Below are positions 14,624 to 28,555 of a stretch of 64,000 nt of DNA, one piece after another. Position 1 is the first letter of the stretch, and every line of letters begins with the position of its first letter. Both the position numbers and the translations under genes were made by a program. The notes beneath the pieces were generated by a model. That model was not told the DNA's origin. It worked only from the letters and a program-made list of their open reading frames with translations, and made no database searches. The DNA comes from Leucoraja ocellata (Eukaryota): the NCBI GenBank assembly GCA_036785375.1, contig JAWMAR010000396.1, positions 1,116,001 through 1,180,000 on the forward strand. The letters run 5' to 3'.

Positions 14624-15912
14624 TACTTAGATCACAGACATCCATCTACAACCAGTGACAACCAAGATTGAAGTACAAAATGAATTAAATTTTTTAATTA
14701 CTTTAGCATTTCCAACATAAAAAATGTAAAATTAGCTGGTGGGTTTTACAGCTTTTAATTTTTGCTTATGGTTTGATTTTTGTTGGAGAGGAGTCAATTT
14801 TTTTTTTTTTTTAGTAAACTTTAATCCCATTTCAGTTGTATACCCATTACATTGGTGTTTTGTCACTTTTTTCTGGTAATGTGACTGACTACATTGTAGT
14901 ATCACTAGATGAAACTAAAACTTTTCAATTGAGATAATGGAGCCAAAACAAGCCAGTGAACAGTTATCAAGGCCAGGTGCTGATGGATTAGCATTCTGAC
15001 TATGCTCTGATTCTTGGGCTATTGTTTGTTGACACGACACTCCCAAAGTACCAAACGGCAGCACAGGGTTACTACACAGTTTAGTACATATACCTTCACG
15101 AACAGAAGGTAAATATTAGTAAACTAGCAACAGCATTCACCACTACTGCTAACACTGATGTGGCTGGGAATGTTGAAGACCAGATATACAACATTGTGAT
15201 ACTTGCATCAGCTTGGCTAAGTGAGCTGCATCTTTTAATATTCAATACTTTCAGTACAACAATGCATCTTTAAATTTCACACTTACAAAGACCTTTCACT
15301 GGTCAATAAAGTTACAATCCAAATAGTCTGATTTAAATAACAATCTCATTTTTTTAATACTGATTTTTACAATGGTAGAAGTTAGCTGGTTTCCGTTAAC
15401 TCATTGCATTACCCCAACTAGGTTCTACAGCCAATATGTAATATTTTGTAACAATCCACGTATCCCTTTGCTTCTGTAAATGACATGGTAGGGTTATTGC
15501 TTTGATGAGAAAGAAAAATACAAAGTGCTATTTACATTTCTGCCATATGGAAGTGCACTTGTGTGTGGACCAAGAAATTTTATGTAGAAACATTGCTATG
15601 CAAACCTTAGTATGATGCAGTTGTACTCACTGTTTATTCATCTTATTGATAACATCTTATATAGCAGTGTATGCACTATCCTTGGCAGTGCAGGAGCTTT
15701 TGTCTTTAACATGGTGGAACCTTGGTTATAGGCATACCTGCAATCAGGGTACTTGTTTATACCCAATTATAAGTTTCATTAGTGACCAGATTTGGTAAAA
15801 GATTATCGAATGAGCAGAGAGTGAAATGTCCTTGCATTGAATTTTCACAACTACCAATTCTTTATTATGGAAGAGGAGTAATCTCCCCCCCCCCCCCCCC
15901 CCATTGACGTGA

Positions 15913-16157
15913 CTTAATCCCTGGGAGGCTCGCCATAGACATGGCTTCATCTCTGGCAGACATGTCATGGATATGGCTTCATCTCTGGAAGGCTCACCAT
16001 AGGCATGACATAATCTCTGGGAGGCATGCCATAGACATAGTTTCATCTGTTGTAGGCATGGCTTCATCTCTAGAAGGCTTACCATAGACATGGCTTCATA
16101 TCTAGGAGGCCTGCCACTGAGATGGTGTAATCTCTGGGATGCCCACCATAGACATGG
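15913..16157. repeat. ~32-bp minisatellite, about 8 diverged units
   Basis: Consensus about cttcatctctggNaggcNNNccatagacatgg repeated head to tail. Confidence 0.9.
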
Positions 16158-16531
16158 CATCTCTTTTACCCTGCCACAGATGTGGCTTCAATTCTGGGGA
16201 GGCCTGACGTGGCTAGAACTCTACATCTGAGTGCAGAGTTTGGTCTCTACATATTTGTCTCCAACAGGAGATGGTTTAATGCCATTGATTTTGGAAGCTC
16301 CTGTTTAAATAATAAATCTGTTGAAAGCACTTGCTGTGAAACTTGGTATAGGGAGACCTTTGATTGTCCACCAATCTCAGTTTCTGCTGGTGGAGGATAC
16401 GCTCCCATGTTGGCAATAAACGAGGTTCCAGCCTAAAGCATTGTAGTTATTCTAGTTAACTAATGGAATCCATGTGTGCAGAACACTTAAATGAGGATGA
16501 GCCAGATTGGGCTCAGTTCGGCTCGTGTTAA

Positions 16532-16675
<144 letters not shown>

Positions 16676-18004
16676 TAAAGCAAAATGATACTGTATCTAC
16701 TGTATACTGGGCCGACCAATTTAAGTACGCATGTTCACCCTGGAATTCGGAAATCCACACACAGTTTTGTACGTAGGTTTGGACCGTCATATGTCTGCTA
16801 TTTACACCCCTGCCCCTCTTATCAAAGGCACGGGTCAAACATATCTATAAATGTTACCTGTCATGTTTGTTTAAAGACTTGCGTTCTTGCCTATTAACTC
16901 TGCACCTCCTCTTCAACTTGTTGTCTTTTATATCCTTCTGTCCCATATCATACATCATCATCTGAGGTGATGAATTTATAACATGCATCTCACTTTGCAG
17001 TTTGTGTTGGCACAGTGTAAGAAGTATAGTTTTGAAATCATTATTTCACTGGTGAAAAATCCACGTACCTTTGGTTTCAAGAATTTCTTCCGAGAAACTA
17101 ATTAACTGCTTGAGATGCATGCATAATACACATTTTATAATCCGAAAGCCATGCTCTTCACTACCAATCATGAGTCAATACAAGGAGTTGTTAATAAGTC
17201 ATAATCAAAATCTGCAGTTTGAATGTTGCTGTTTGAACATTCTGCTCTTGACTTGTTGGTATATTTTATTTTCCCACCAAATTGGAGTTCAGTGACACAT
17301 GGGCTTAAAATAAATGTATGTATTTCAGCAGTGCTTTACACGTTCTGTGAACAAAATCATTTTTGAAATCCTGCAGCTGTCATGCACCTCTCAGTGGACA
17401 TCATTCCAACCGCTGAGCCAATTAGTTGCATGCTTAAATTCAGGTCTAGAACAGAAAAGAACAACAGGGGAATCATTCTTGTTGACCCGACCAATAATTA
17501 TTTCGTAACCGATTGCTTTAAAAAAACCAACTTATCATACTATATTATTTATTGCGGTTCAGACTGCAGTTATGATAATTTACCTTTGTTGCAACAGGTA
17601 GAGTACTTAATTGACTGAAGTAATAGGGATGTCCTAAGGTTGTCACAGGAACGATATAAATGCTGTGCTTTTCATTGTTTAATGTTAGGGAACACAGTCA
17701 ATTTGCATCCAGTCAAGTTTAGCCAAGTACATCAAAATGTATGCTATGCTTTTTCCATCTACCAGAGATGGCTGACAAGACTATGATTTCATGTCTCGTG
17801 TGGTAGATAATATCCTCCACCATGCAATATCCCTCAGTGCAGTACTGGAGTACTGCCTCAATTTTGTATTCATCTGCAAGTGGGTCCCATACCAATAATG
17901 TTCTGGGTCAGGTGCAAGAACACAGCAAAATCTGACAGCGACTGTTTATGTCCAATTCCAGCTTGGAGTGATGAATGAGGATTTGCAAAGGTTGTCCGTT
18001 CATA

Positions 18005-18355
18005 ATGACTATGCACAGAACATGGATAGGTGATGTTTCAAATTGAGACCCTTCGTCAGACTGATTGTAGTGGGGAGGGAGAAGAAAGCTGGGAGTGGGA
18101 AGACGAAGCATGGCATGTTCCTCCTCACCCCCCCCCCCCCCCCCCCCCCCCCCCGCACGCTAGTTTCCTTCCTCTAGCTTCGCAATTCGCAACTCTATTA
18201 CCTGAAACACTTTGTCCTGCCTCTCCCCTCATTTAGCTTTCTCCACCCACCCCCTACAATCAGCCTGAACAAGGGTCTCGCCCTAAATGTCACCCATCCA
18301 TGCTCTCCAGAGTTGCTGCCTGACCTGCTGAGTTACTCCACCACATTATGTCCTT
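18005..18355. mobile_element. Palindromic Penelope-derived mini-element with central poly-C
   Basis: Terminal-repeat block on the minus strand (gtttcaaattgagacccttcgtcagactg) followed by the same block on plus (cagcctgaacaagggtctc...tgctgcctgacctgctgagttactcca). Confidence 0.7.
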
Positions 18356-21300
18356 TTAAATATAACTGTACCATGTCTTAGTTGAAGAACAGCATCTCGA
18401 ATAATGCAGCATTATTAATGTCAGATCATGATTATAAATCCTCCTCCTGACTCGTGAGCAAAAATATAAACCAAGCTAAGGCAACATGAAAAATCATAAA
18501 AACTGCAGATGTTGAAGATCTGAAACAAAAAGTGAAAATGCTGGAAATATTTAGAGGGTCAGACAGCATCAACAGAAAGATAAACAGTTCATGTTTCGGG
18601 TGGAAACCCATCACAACTGGGCAAGTGAAAAAACAGGTTCTTACTTTCAAGTTGCAGAGTAGGTGGTGAAAGGATTGATAACAATCAAATGATAGATTGA
18701 TAGTAATCAAATGAGATCAGGGTTGCCCAAGTGTTTACAGAGCCATTCGAGTAATAAATTAGGACGTTAATGCTTGTTTCTGCATCCTTTGCATGAGGTC
18801 GAATGCGTTCACTTTTCTCAATACTCTGCATAGATTAGAGCTTGAAGCAGGGACTTTTTCCAGTGCCTTGTATCACTGAATGCTTATGTCCATTTTGGGT
18901 TCAGAAGGTGCTACTGCCAAGTTCCTGCAAATTTACTAATTTCTGAAAATGTTTCAAGGTTTTTGTAGTGTTAAACATTTTTATAAACATTTAAAATGTA
19001 GTTTCTCTGTGCAGACTGGGTTAACTTTAGATAAATGGTGTAATGATTACTTTAGATATTGAAGTTTAATATTTAGCCCTGACTTATGGAAGTATGTGTA
19101 CAGCAACTTATTGATCATATTACTGCGTTAGTATCCAGACTCCAGCTCCATTAATGTAGGCACATGTTAAAATCCCATCATGACAGCAGGGGAATTAAAG
19201 TACAACTAAATAAAATCTAGAATAAAAAAGATCCCATTAATAATAGCAATGTGGAATTGCATCCAGTCCACTAATGTCCTTCAGAAAGGATCATTATGTG
19301 ACTCCCATCAATGTGATTGACTCTCTAACTGGCCCAATGGCCAATAAAGATGTAGGAATGGACTAAAGGAAAGGACAAGTAAAATTAGTCCAGATTTTTA
19401 AAAGTTTAATTCACAGTCAATGTGTCTGTGTGATATAAGAGTGCTGTGTTGTAATTTTCAAAATCTGAGATTACTTTGAAAGCATTTTATGTTGAAATTG
19501 GATTTCATGTCGGGGTCCAATGCTAGATAGAAATATTTTACCTGCTCTTTTTTCTATTCATTTTTTGGGATCTTGGATTTTCCTGGCAGAGCCAACAATT
19601 CTCTATCCCCAAATGCCCTTGAGATGACAGTGGTGAACTGTTGCCTTGACCTACTACAGTTGTTCTGATGAAAATCAGTGCTAATGGGCAGGTAAGGTGG
19701 TTGGACTCCTTATTGGTCGAAATGGACATCCCTTGCCTTTTTGTGGCATAAATGTTACGTAGCATTTTTCAGCCCATGCCCTATCTAGATCTTGCTGCAC
19801 TTGTATTGAAGCAAAACTCTTGGAAACACTCAACAGGCTACGTAGCTTCTGTACAAAGAGAAGCATGGACTGCTTCATTTGCTGAAGAGTTGGGAATGGA
19901 AATGAGCATATCCACTCTAGTCTTATGATAGAGGAAAGGGCATTGAAGTAACCGAAGCTGGTTGGATCCAGGACATTTCCCTGAGAGATACCTACATTCA
20001 TGCCCTCAGCATGATAATCAACCTTCAACAACCACAACTATCTTAATGTGTGAAAATTTGAAGACATTGGAATGCTTTCTTTTTTTATACCCATTGAATT
20101 CAATTTTATCAGAGTTCTTTGATGCTGCACCCAGTTAAATGCTGCTTCAATGCCAAGGGCAATCACATTTCATCTGCATTGAAATTCAGCCGTTTGGTCC
20201 GTATTTGGACCACAGTTTTGGAGAGACCTGGAATGTAGTGGTTGTGGCAAAACCAAAACTGAGCATTGGTGAGCAAAGTGATGCCCCTTGATAGCAATGC
20301 TGATGGCATCCTCCATCCCTTTGCTGATGTTAGTGGTAATTAGCTAGATTTGATGTGAGCTGCTTTTCCCTGTTGTGCAGAAAACTGCTGTAACCATAAA
20401 ATATTAAAAATACGAAATTTCTCTCAGAATATATATTAATCAGTGTACGTCATCTTTTCTAAGGTTTGTCGTATTTGCGGTCTCAATTCACTCTATCACT
20501 GAATGACAAAGGAAATCTTAAATTTCAGTTTTAGTTTTAACATCCCTTTCCGAACAGTGCATTTTCCAAACCATGAAGAATATGAATGCACTACACCCGA
20601 GCTAGTTCTTCAAATTCTGCTTAAAGCAAGCTGTTGGAATCTTTAGTTCCTTGCACTTACCCAGGCATTTATATTGCTTTCAAATGCTTTGTGGAAGAGC
20701 ATACAGTGAGAACTTCAGCCGAAGAAATTTGCAAGCTCATATGGCCTGAAGCATGTAAATATTCGTAGGTTTGATTCAGAACATTACTCTATGGGCCATG
20801 AGTCTGAAGGACAAGTTCAGACCTATTGAAGACTACCAGCCAACTGATGTCGGCCACCTATTAGTTGATACTTTTTCAAAATTAAATTTTATAATTAATT
20901 TAATTATAATTTGAGTTAAATTACATGTCTGCTGCAAATTTTGTTTAAGATCGTCAACCAGTTTATTTTTTAACTTAAGTAGCTGTTGTTGTGGATTTCT
21001 TCAAGACCAGAGATGAAACTGAATGATCTCTTACACTTTCTCCTCATGTGCAAACTTGATCTACAAATGTACTTTAAAACTGACCTTTCCCACAAATTGC
21101 AGATCCAACCATTAACCAATAATACTTCTTAAAATCTAGTCTCGATTGTGATTTCAGCTTAACACTAATGACGTTATTCGACTAATAACAAGGAAGATGC
21201 AATTTAGACCTCTATCTTTGCAGTAAATGTTGTTTTTAATACATTCATATTCCAAGATCTGGACAACACTTGCACTCATGGCACATTATCAGTCTTGAGT

Positions 21301-22902
21301 TCCATAGTGTGATAGGCTATTTCATGGTCATTTAAGAATGAACCACATTGGTGGGTATGGCAATGTGTAGACTATACTGATTCATGACTTGAAGACCATT
21401 AGATGGGATTTTTTAAGACTTTCAGGGATTTTATGGTTATTTTCTAAATTTGAGATTATTAACAGTTGAAATCAATGATATAGATTTTAGTGTAATCAAT
21501 GACAAAGATGATAAACTGGCTAATGATACTAAAGAAAGCTGACCAAAGTAGACAGCTGTAAGTGGGATCAATGATAGGGTCAAACCTTTACATGAAATAT
21601 ATTTTCTTGCTCATTCACATTTTATGAGGCAATTTCAATGTGTTCCATTTTTGATAGAGCTTTGACCTGGAATTCACACTGATCCCAGCAGATTTGAAAA
21701 CTAGCATTGTGCAGCTTTTACATCCCCATTACTGATTTGGGCATTTGTGGACTTTTTTGTGAAGATATACAGTTCCTGATTTGCATGAATGCCCGTTTTA
21801 GGTTTCCCTTATAGTGGGACCCCATGGCATTTTAAGGAAAAGGTAGAAATGTAAATTAGGATTTGAAATTCTCCATGTAGTGTAGTGAGTTCTGGGCAGA
21901 TTTGGGTTTTAGGAACTTCTCATGAATTGAGAAATAATACATCTTGCAATGTAAACAAAAAAATTCAAAGTATTTTTACTACAAAATAATATGCTTGGTG
22001 ATAATGTAATTGTTTCTGGGCTGCCCATCTTGAATGCTTTGCACGCTTCAAGAGTTAATTGTGTAAATGGATTCTAAAATATTTTTCCTTTAATGGGATG
22101 TTAATTGTACAATAAAGCTCAACAGCTTTACGATAAATCTAATGCTAAATTACCATGGCAGTGATCAGCATCCTTTGTAAGATCAAGCATTGGCAGAATG
22201 AACCGTTTTCTTCAAGGAGAAGCAGTTAGAAGTCTCCATAGCTCAGTGAGGCATTTGTTTTTGATGGCCTGCAACACTGGTTGGTATCCTTTCTTTGTTA
22301 AAATTCCTATTTTATGTCTGCTCACTGCCCAGGTTACAGATTGCAATCAAATTTAAAAGAGATAGAAGCAGAGCTAAATGCAGAAAATATAATTAAAATA
22401 TTTTATTATAATTTTTTTTTTTAAATAGCATGATTTCCAAAAGGCTGTCATGGTTAATCAATGGTTATATATTTTTTGAAGAAGTAACAGAAGCAGAAGA
22501 CAAATGCACTAGACCCTTGATGTATTTTCAGAAGACTTGATAACATACCCATAGTAAACTCTTGACAAAGACCGACGTAAGTGGAAATAGGACAATGAGT
22601 GAATTAATACCAATTAGCTGAGGGTATGAAGCTGTGGTTAGATACAAATTGTAGTTTTCAGATTGGAGGGACGTTGAAAAATAAGCTGGCCATTTAAGGA
22701 GGCGATGAGGCATATTTTTCAGTGCATCATGAGTTTTTACAAGTCTTGATGGAAGCAGTGTTTTTCAATATTTTTAAGTCAGATAGATGTTTGATAAGGA
22801 GGAAGTTGGCTCCTGTGGTAAATGGGAATGTGGAGTTGACGTTGTTGCAAAGTCATCCATGGTCTTGTTAAATGACAAAGTAGGCTTGAGGAGTGGAGTT
22901 AT

Positions 22903-24381
22903 AGGCCTTTCTCACGGGGCGACTTGACGCAAGATGTGACCAGAGTGAAGTGGTCGTGGTCTAGCACGATATCACACGATATAACAGGGGGGGGTAGGTA
23001 GACAAAGAGTTCCCACGGTACTCGGCATTTCTGTTATTTGTGCGAGTGACTTGTCCGTCTCCCGAGCTTTCCCGTTAAATCTTGAAAGACATTGTAAACT
23101 GTCAAGTGTAATTAAATCAACACGTGACACAAATGATGGGGGGGGGGGAGAGAGAAATGAGGGGAGACGTATATACACACACAAAGCAGAGTTTTACTGT
23201 GTACTAGACCAAGTGCAGACCCGTTGGGTCTGTTTCTCCAACAGCGTTTGCGGGGGGAGGGGGAGGGGGGGCTGCGGTATCACACTCAAATTAAACACCC
23301 CCCAAACTCACGGGGGGGGTGAGAAGAGGGGAGGGAGGGGAGAGGAGGACGAGGAAACGGGACAGATTTGGGAGGGAAAGGAGAGCGGGGTAGGGGGTGG
23401 GAGACACAGATGGACTGAGCACAGTACCTCGGTCTTACTGTGTGTGGGAGAGGGGGAGAAAGAGACGTACACTCACAGAGGCAGAGTCTCTCAGCCTGTG
23501 TGAGAGGGAGGGAGGGAGAGAGAGGCACACCCAAGGTGGATGTGAAATCTCACCTGCCTGTTTCAGTGACACACCCGCCGCCAGTAAATGAAGACACCCC
23601 CATCTGTCTCCCCCTCCTCTCCCTCGACTCCCCTACCTTTCCCTCCCAACTCCAGTCCTGTCCCGACCCCCTGGGAAACTGAAGGGAGCAACAATTAACT
23701 GCTGCTGAGTTAAAGAGTTCCCACGGTAGTAAGACGGTGTTAGTTGCGCCCAAGTTTAAATTTCCAACGCGTGTTTCAGAGTAAAGAGTCAGCGCAGAAT
23801 CCTTGATAATCAAAAACTGTCTGAATCAGCAAGTTAGACACAAAATGCTGGAGTAACTCAGCGGGCCAAGCAGCATCTATCTCTCAAAGAAGTACATGTG
23901 AAAAATTTCTCACGGACCATAAAAATGCGGGACCTTTCAGTAAAGTCCCTTTTAAAGATTATAGTTATTTTCTTGAATCTCATTAACATAACTCATGAAT
24001 AAGTTGATGTCCATATGCGGATGCAAATCTTTATTTTTTAAATTCAATCCCACAGAAGACAATTTTTACTCGCCTTCTGTCCCCTCTGTCCAGCTTCCGG
24101 GTTCACCTTTCGCAGGAGTTCCCACGGTACACGCAAGAGTCAGTACGGATATCGCACTGGCCACTACGTGCATATAATATCGCAATGTTCAACCACAAGT
24201 GTACAAGTCACTCTTGAAGAAATTCAAGCTTGTTTGAATTTTCTCCCGAGTCACCAAGTTACACGAGTACCTGCCGTTAGCGCCACGGTGGTCCACGAAT
24301 GCCGTACGGTTATCGCAAGAAGTTCCCACGATGTTCAACTCTGGTTAACTCTTGCGTCAAGTCGCCCCGTGAGAAAGGGGT
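22903..24381. mobile_element. Non-autonomous PIF/Harbinger-like DNA transposon inserted in a CR1 3' end
   Basis: 29-bp perfect inverted core cctttctcacggggcgacttgacgcaaga at both ends; T/A-rich 3-bp flanks (tat/tta); CR1 tail sequence resumes after 24384. Confidence 0.7.
23204..23700 (-). mobile_element. Helitron-like 3' fragment nested in the Harbinger-like element (distal boundary approximate)
   Basis: CTAG at 23204-23207 in the context A|CTAG (CTAG|T on minus); hairpin cagaccc-gtt-gggtctg at 23216-23232. Confidence 0.6.
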
Positions 24382-24823
24382 TTAACTACTCTGGCTTCTT
24401 CTCTTGTATGTACTTATGGAATGCATTTTTTTTCCACAAGTTCAGTACAATTTTCATTAGTGATGACAGACAAGGGCAATTACCAAATGTTCACATTAAT
24501 GCTAAACTAGAATGCAGATAATACAGAACAAAAAATACTTCCTTTAAGAACTGCATCTTAAAATGAATATAGGGTAGTTAAGTTGCAGATAAACTTTTAG
24601 CATTGAGATATTGACAGGAAAATTGAAAACACGTGTTTACAGCTTGGACGATAAACAATGTCAGAACACAAGTGAATAAATCACAATGCTGGGCATAGTA
24701 AATCAGGAACAAATTACAAATGCTAATTTGTAATGATGCCAAATCTATGTATGAGTCTGGTTAGGCTGCTTGCAGACCACAATGAATAGTTCTGATTTCT
24801 GAAAGCCAAAAAGGAGGAAGAAA

Positions 24824-25032
24824 GGACACAAAGGGGTGGAGTATCTCGGCATGTCAGGCAGCATCTCTGGAGAATATGGACAAGTGACGTTTCAGTTTGT
24901 GACCTTTCTTCAGACCTGACCTGAAACACCACCTATCTGTGTGCTCCAGGTATGCTGCCTAACCTGCTGAGTTGCTCCAGCACTTTGTGTCCTTTTGAGT
25001 ATTAACCAGCATCTGCAGTTCTTTGTTTCTAC
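24824..25032. mobile_element. Palindromic Penelope-derived mini-element
   Basis: ggacacaaa...tcaggcagcatctctggag and its inverse ctccaggtatgctgcctaacctgctgag...tttgtgtcc. Confidence 0.7.
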
Positions 25033-27104
25033 TTAAGGATGAAGAAACACTGGAGAAAGTACGAAAGTATTGACAGATAAAAGTGGAGCTGTGATTTCAT
25101 CTCTTGGAAAGTAACGAACAGGTTTAGGCAAAATCTAAAAGGCCATTTAAAATTGCGTGGTGGGAATCAAAAACTGAGCTCATGGATGCCTTAAGTATGC
25201 TTCAGCAAGCGTCGAATTCTGGTAGGACAAAAAGAGTAAATGGCAGGAGTGTTGATGTACAGAGGGACTTTGGGCTTGAACGAGCTGGCAGTATGGATGG
25301 TAAACGCAGATACAGCCACAATGTTTAAAATACATTTGGGATGGCACTTGGATATGTATGGCATTAAATGATCTGGACCTATTACATGCAAATGGGATTC
25401 AATGAGAAAGGCATGATGGGCAGCACAAATGAGATTGACCAAAAGGCCCTGTTTCTGTGCTGGATGATCCTATGAATTTGTACCCTCAGATTACAATGAT
25501 CAGTGAAAAACATTCCATATTTAAACAAATATAAATTAATACAATGGCCTCAAATCCTCATTTGGTGCAATAACTACCAATAGACCGGAGGGAAATAATA
25601 AATATTTTCTAAGTTTAGAAAGAAATTGGCTATCATAATTTGTTTAAGGCATTGAATAGGGCCTAGTCTATACGATTAAAAAGCTGAGATGATAGAATGG
25701 AAGATTGGATGGGGTTTGGCGAGAAAACTAGTATGGATTTTAAATTGTATATACTGGTTAGAAAATAGGTGCAGGAGGAGGCCATTCGGCCCTTTGAGCC
25801 AGCACCGCCATTCATTGTGATCATGGCTGGGGTAAATAGTTTGGTTTTATGCTGCCTATAAATTGGCAGATTCTGTGAACCTAGTTCAAATTACACATAC
25901 AGTGCTTTCTCTTAATTGTTACTATTTTTTTTTGCACGTCCAGCTTTTTATGTATAATTTTTTGCTTTACCCTTTTTACTGTTTTGTACGACAAGGCTCT
26001 CTTTGTAGCTTTGTAGGAGGCTCGTGCTTGAAGGACTAAGAGACCTAGAAACATTCCAGCCAGTTTACTTGATCCACTCATTTCTCTGTCTTAGTTTAGT
26101 ATACGCAAGATGTGACTAATTTAGCATGTAAACTGTTTGTCTCCCAAATGTATCGGTTGCCTACCCCATCCCAATGCTAATGTGATGCAAAGACAATCTG
26201 TGCTGCAGAAAACCAAATCACACCTCAGCATTCCAGTGACTGAACGGTTCACAACCCCAGTCTGTGCAGATCATTATATTAAGTTGTGCTTGGAATGTAT
26301 TTCACTAATCATTGTACTCCGAGGTTGTAACTTGAAGATATCAGTGAGCTCCGCTAATGTGAATCGTAGGCTGCAGTTTTACTCCAGAGCTTACAAAGCC
26401 TTCAGCAACAAGATCTATGTGATGTAATTGCAAATTGTTGGGAGTTGTGTGCTGATGTGGGTATACCACATGCTGGAATTGGTTAGAGGAAGAGCGTGTT
26501 CATGATTGTATGTGGGCTCACTTTAATTGGTACACCATCAAGCAACCCATCACCTGATATTGTCATAGACTATCTGTTGAATAATTGATTAACAGTATTT
26601 TGTAGTTTGGGGCCGAGAAGTCCATGTCCATTCAGCTCGCCTATGTAGATTCTAGAGCATTTTCTTTGGTGTATTCGGAATAATTCTAATTGTCATCTGC
26701 TGACTAGAAACTATTGAGTGCCATCCTTTAAGGTTTTATGTTCTACCAGCTGCATTGATAACCTTTGAAAGAAAGATTTGCTGATGCTCTAAAATAAAGG
26801 TGACTATATATTTCTAGTAGAAATATCCTTCCATGTTTCTAGATTTCTAAAACAAATGAAATGCATTCCCTATCCAGTAATTTGTCTGTTAGTGTTTTTA
26901 CTGGTGTTTGAAGGAAGTGTAACAGCAACTGTTGCTTGATGAATTTAAATTATTAGGTTGTGAGACATGATATACCAATATGCAAAAGCAACATGCAAAA
27001 CAAAAGAGAGTGCATATTGTAGCATTGCTGATGACATTTGCTGGGTTTAGACATTTGAAATGAGCCCCTGAATTTAAAAAAGTGTTGTCACACGATAAAT
27101 TTTG

Positions 27105-27835
27105 ATGGCGAGACCAAGTAGAACAGGGCCTTCGGCTCGCAATGTCTGCCGAACATAATGTCGAGATCATCTCATATTAAACTCCACATTATCCGTATCA
27201 TTCCATTCCCTACATATCCATCTACCTATACAAAAGTCTCTTAAATGACACATTCGTATTTTCCTCAACCACCAACCAGAGCAGCGGGTTTCATCATTCG
27301 CCACCCTCTGCAAAAATAAAAGTTGCCCCGCACGTCTCCCTTAAAGTTTGCCTCTCTCAGCAGAAAGCTTGGCGGTCGAGTATTTGACTTTTCCAACCTG
27401 GGAAAGGGTAAACTATGCCTCTCATAATTTTATATACTTCTATCAGGTCTTCCTGCATCCTCCAGCTTTCCAGGGAAAATCCAAATCTGTCCACTCTTCC
27501 TGTAACTAATACCCCCTAATCCAGGCATTATTCTGGGAAACTAGACTGCACACAATGCTTCAATTGGGGCCTAACCAAAGCTGTATTGTGACTTCCTGAC
27601 TCATATTTGATGCGTCGCCCTATGAAGGCAAGCATACAATACTCCTTCATTACCACTCTACTTGTGTTCCCACTTTTAGGGATTTATGGATTTGGTCCCC
27701 AAGATCCCTCTGTTCATCAATGTTGTTAAGGATCATTCCATAAGTGTATATTTTCCGCTTGTATTTGACCTTCCAAGTGCAACACCTCACACTTGCGCAA
27801 TTTAAACTCCATCTGTCATTTTTTTACCCATTCCA
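27105..27835 (-). mobile_element. Decayed CR1 LINE 3' fragment
   Basis: Reverse-strand CR1 3' UTR and ORF2 end (tctcataattttatatacttctatcagg; aagtgcaacacctcacactt). Confidence 0.7.
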
Positions 27836-27853
27836 GTTTTGCTAGTGACTTTA

Positions 27854-28555
27854 TATTACCTTAGTTAAATTACAGTTCACTGACATTCTTTGTGCCAGTG
27901 TAGCCATGCCCCAATAGTTCCAACTAAATCAAGGGCATGTGATGGGAGAAATAAGATGAAAAGTGTGCTTTGTGCAACTATTAAAAGATCCGTGCCACTT
28001 CATGCATAAATCTGACTAAATTAAACTTGGCACAAATATCTGTTCTATTTTTCAGTGTATTGGAGGAAAAGTCACATAAAGAAAAATTAAATGCGGCCTT
28101 TGTATTATCACTTGAAGTAACTCTTCCGTTTTCCTGCATTCTTTCTGGCCCAGCACACACTCGCACTCACACTTACTTGCTTTTGGCCACCTGTTTGAAG
28201 ATTGGAGGGAGTATTCCTTGGGCAGTGAACTCTCAAGGTTTAAGTGGCAGTGTGTGAATATTGAAATTGCATTTCAGGTTCAGTAGTGACCATTAGCTTG
28301 TATTACCTTAGTTAAATTATGGTTTAAGCCCTTTTGTCGGTGTAGCCAAGCCCCAAGTTGTTCCAACTACATCAATGGTGTGTAATGGGAGAAAGAAGAG
28401 GAACAGTGTGCTTTGTACGACTGTTTATAGAACCATGTCACTTCATGCATAAATCTGTGTGACTGGAAAACTTGGCACAAATATCTGTTCTATTTTTCAA
28501 TATTGGAGGGAACTCCATATTACAGGAATTTTGAATACGGCCTTTGTATTATCAC
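27854..28555. repeat. Diverged direct duplication of a ~260-bp module (27854-28111 and 28301-28555)
   Basis: Four identical blocks in the same order: tattaccttagttaaatta, cacttcatgcataaatctg, aacttggcacaaatatctgttctatttttca, cggcctttgtattatcac. Confidence 0.9.

Noticed and set aside
15744-16160. 138-aa minus ORF and CRISPR-like look of the 32-bp repeat
   Set aside because: The ORF is a by-product of the minisatellite; units are contiguous without unique spacers, and the DNA is eukaryotic.
20630-20760. Minus-strand exon-like segment with GTAAGT donor
   Set aside because: Stops in all three frames; no supporting neighbouring exons.
23051-23813. Multiple Gly/Pro-rich ORFs
   Set aside because: Arise from G-rich low-complexity sequence inside nested transposons.
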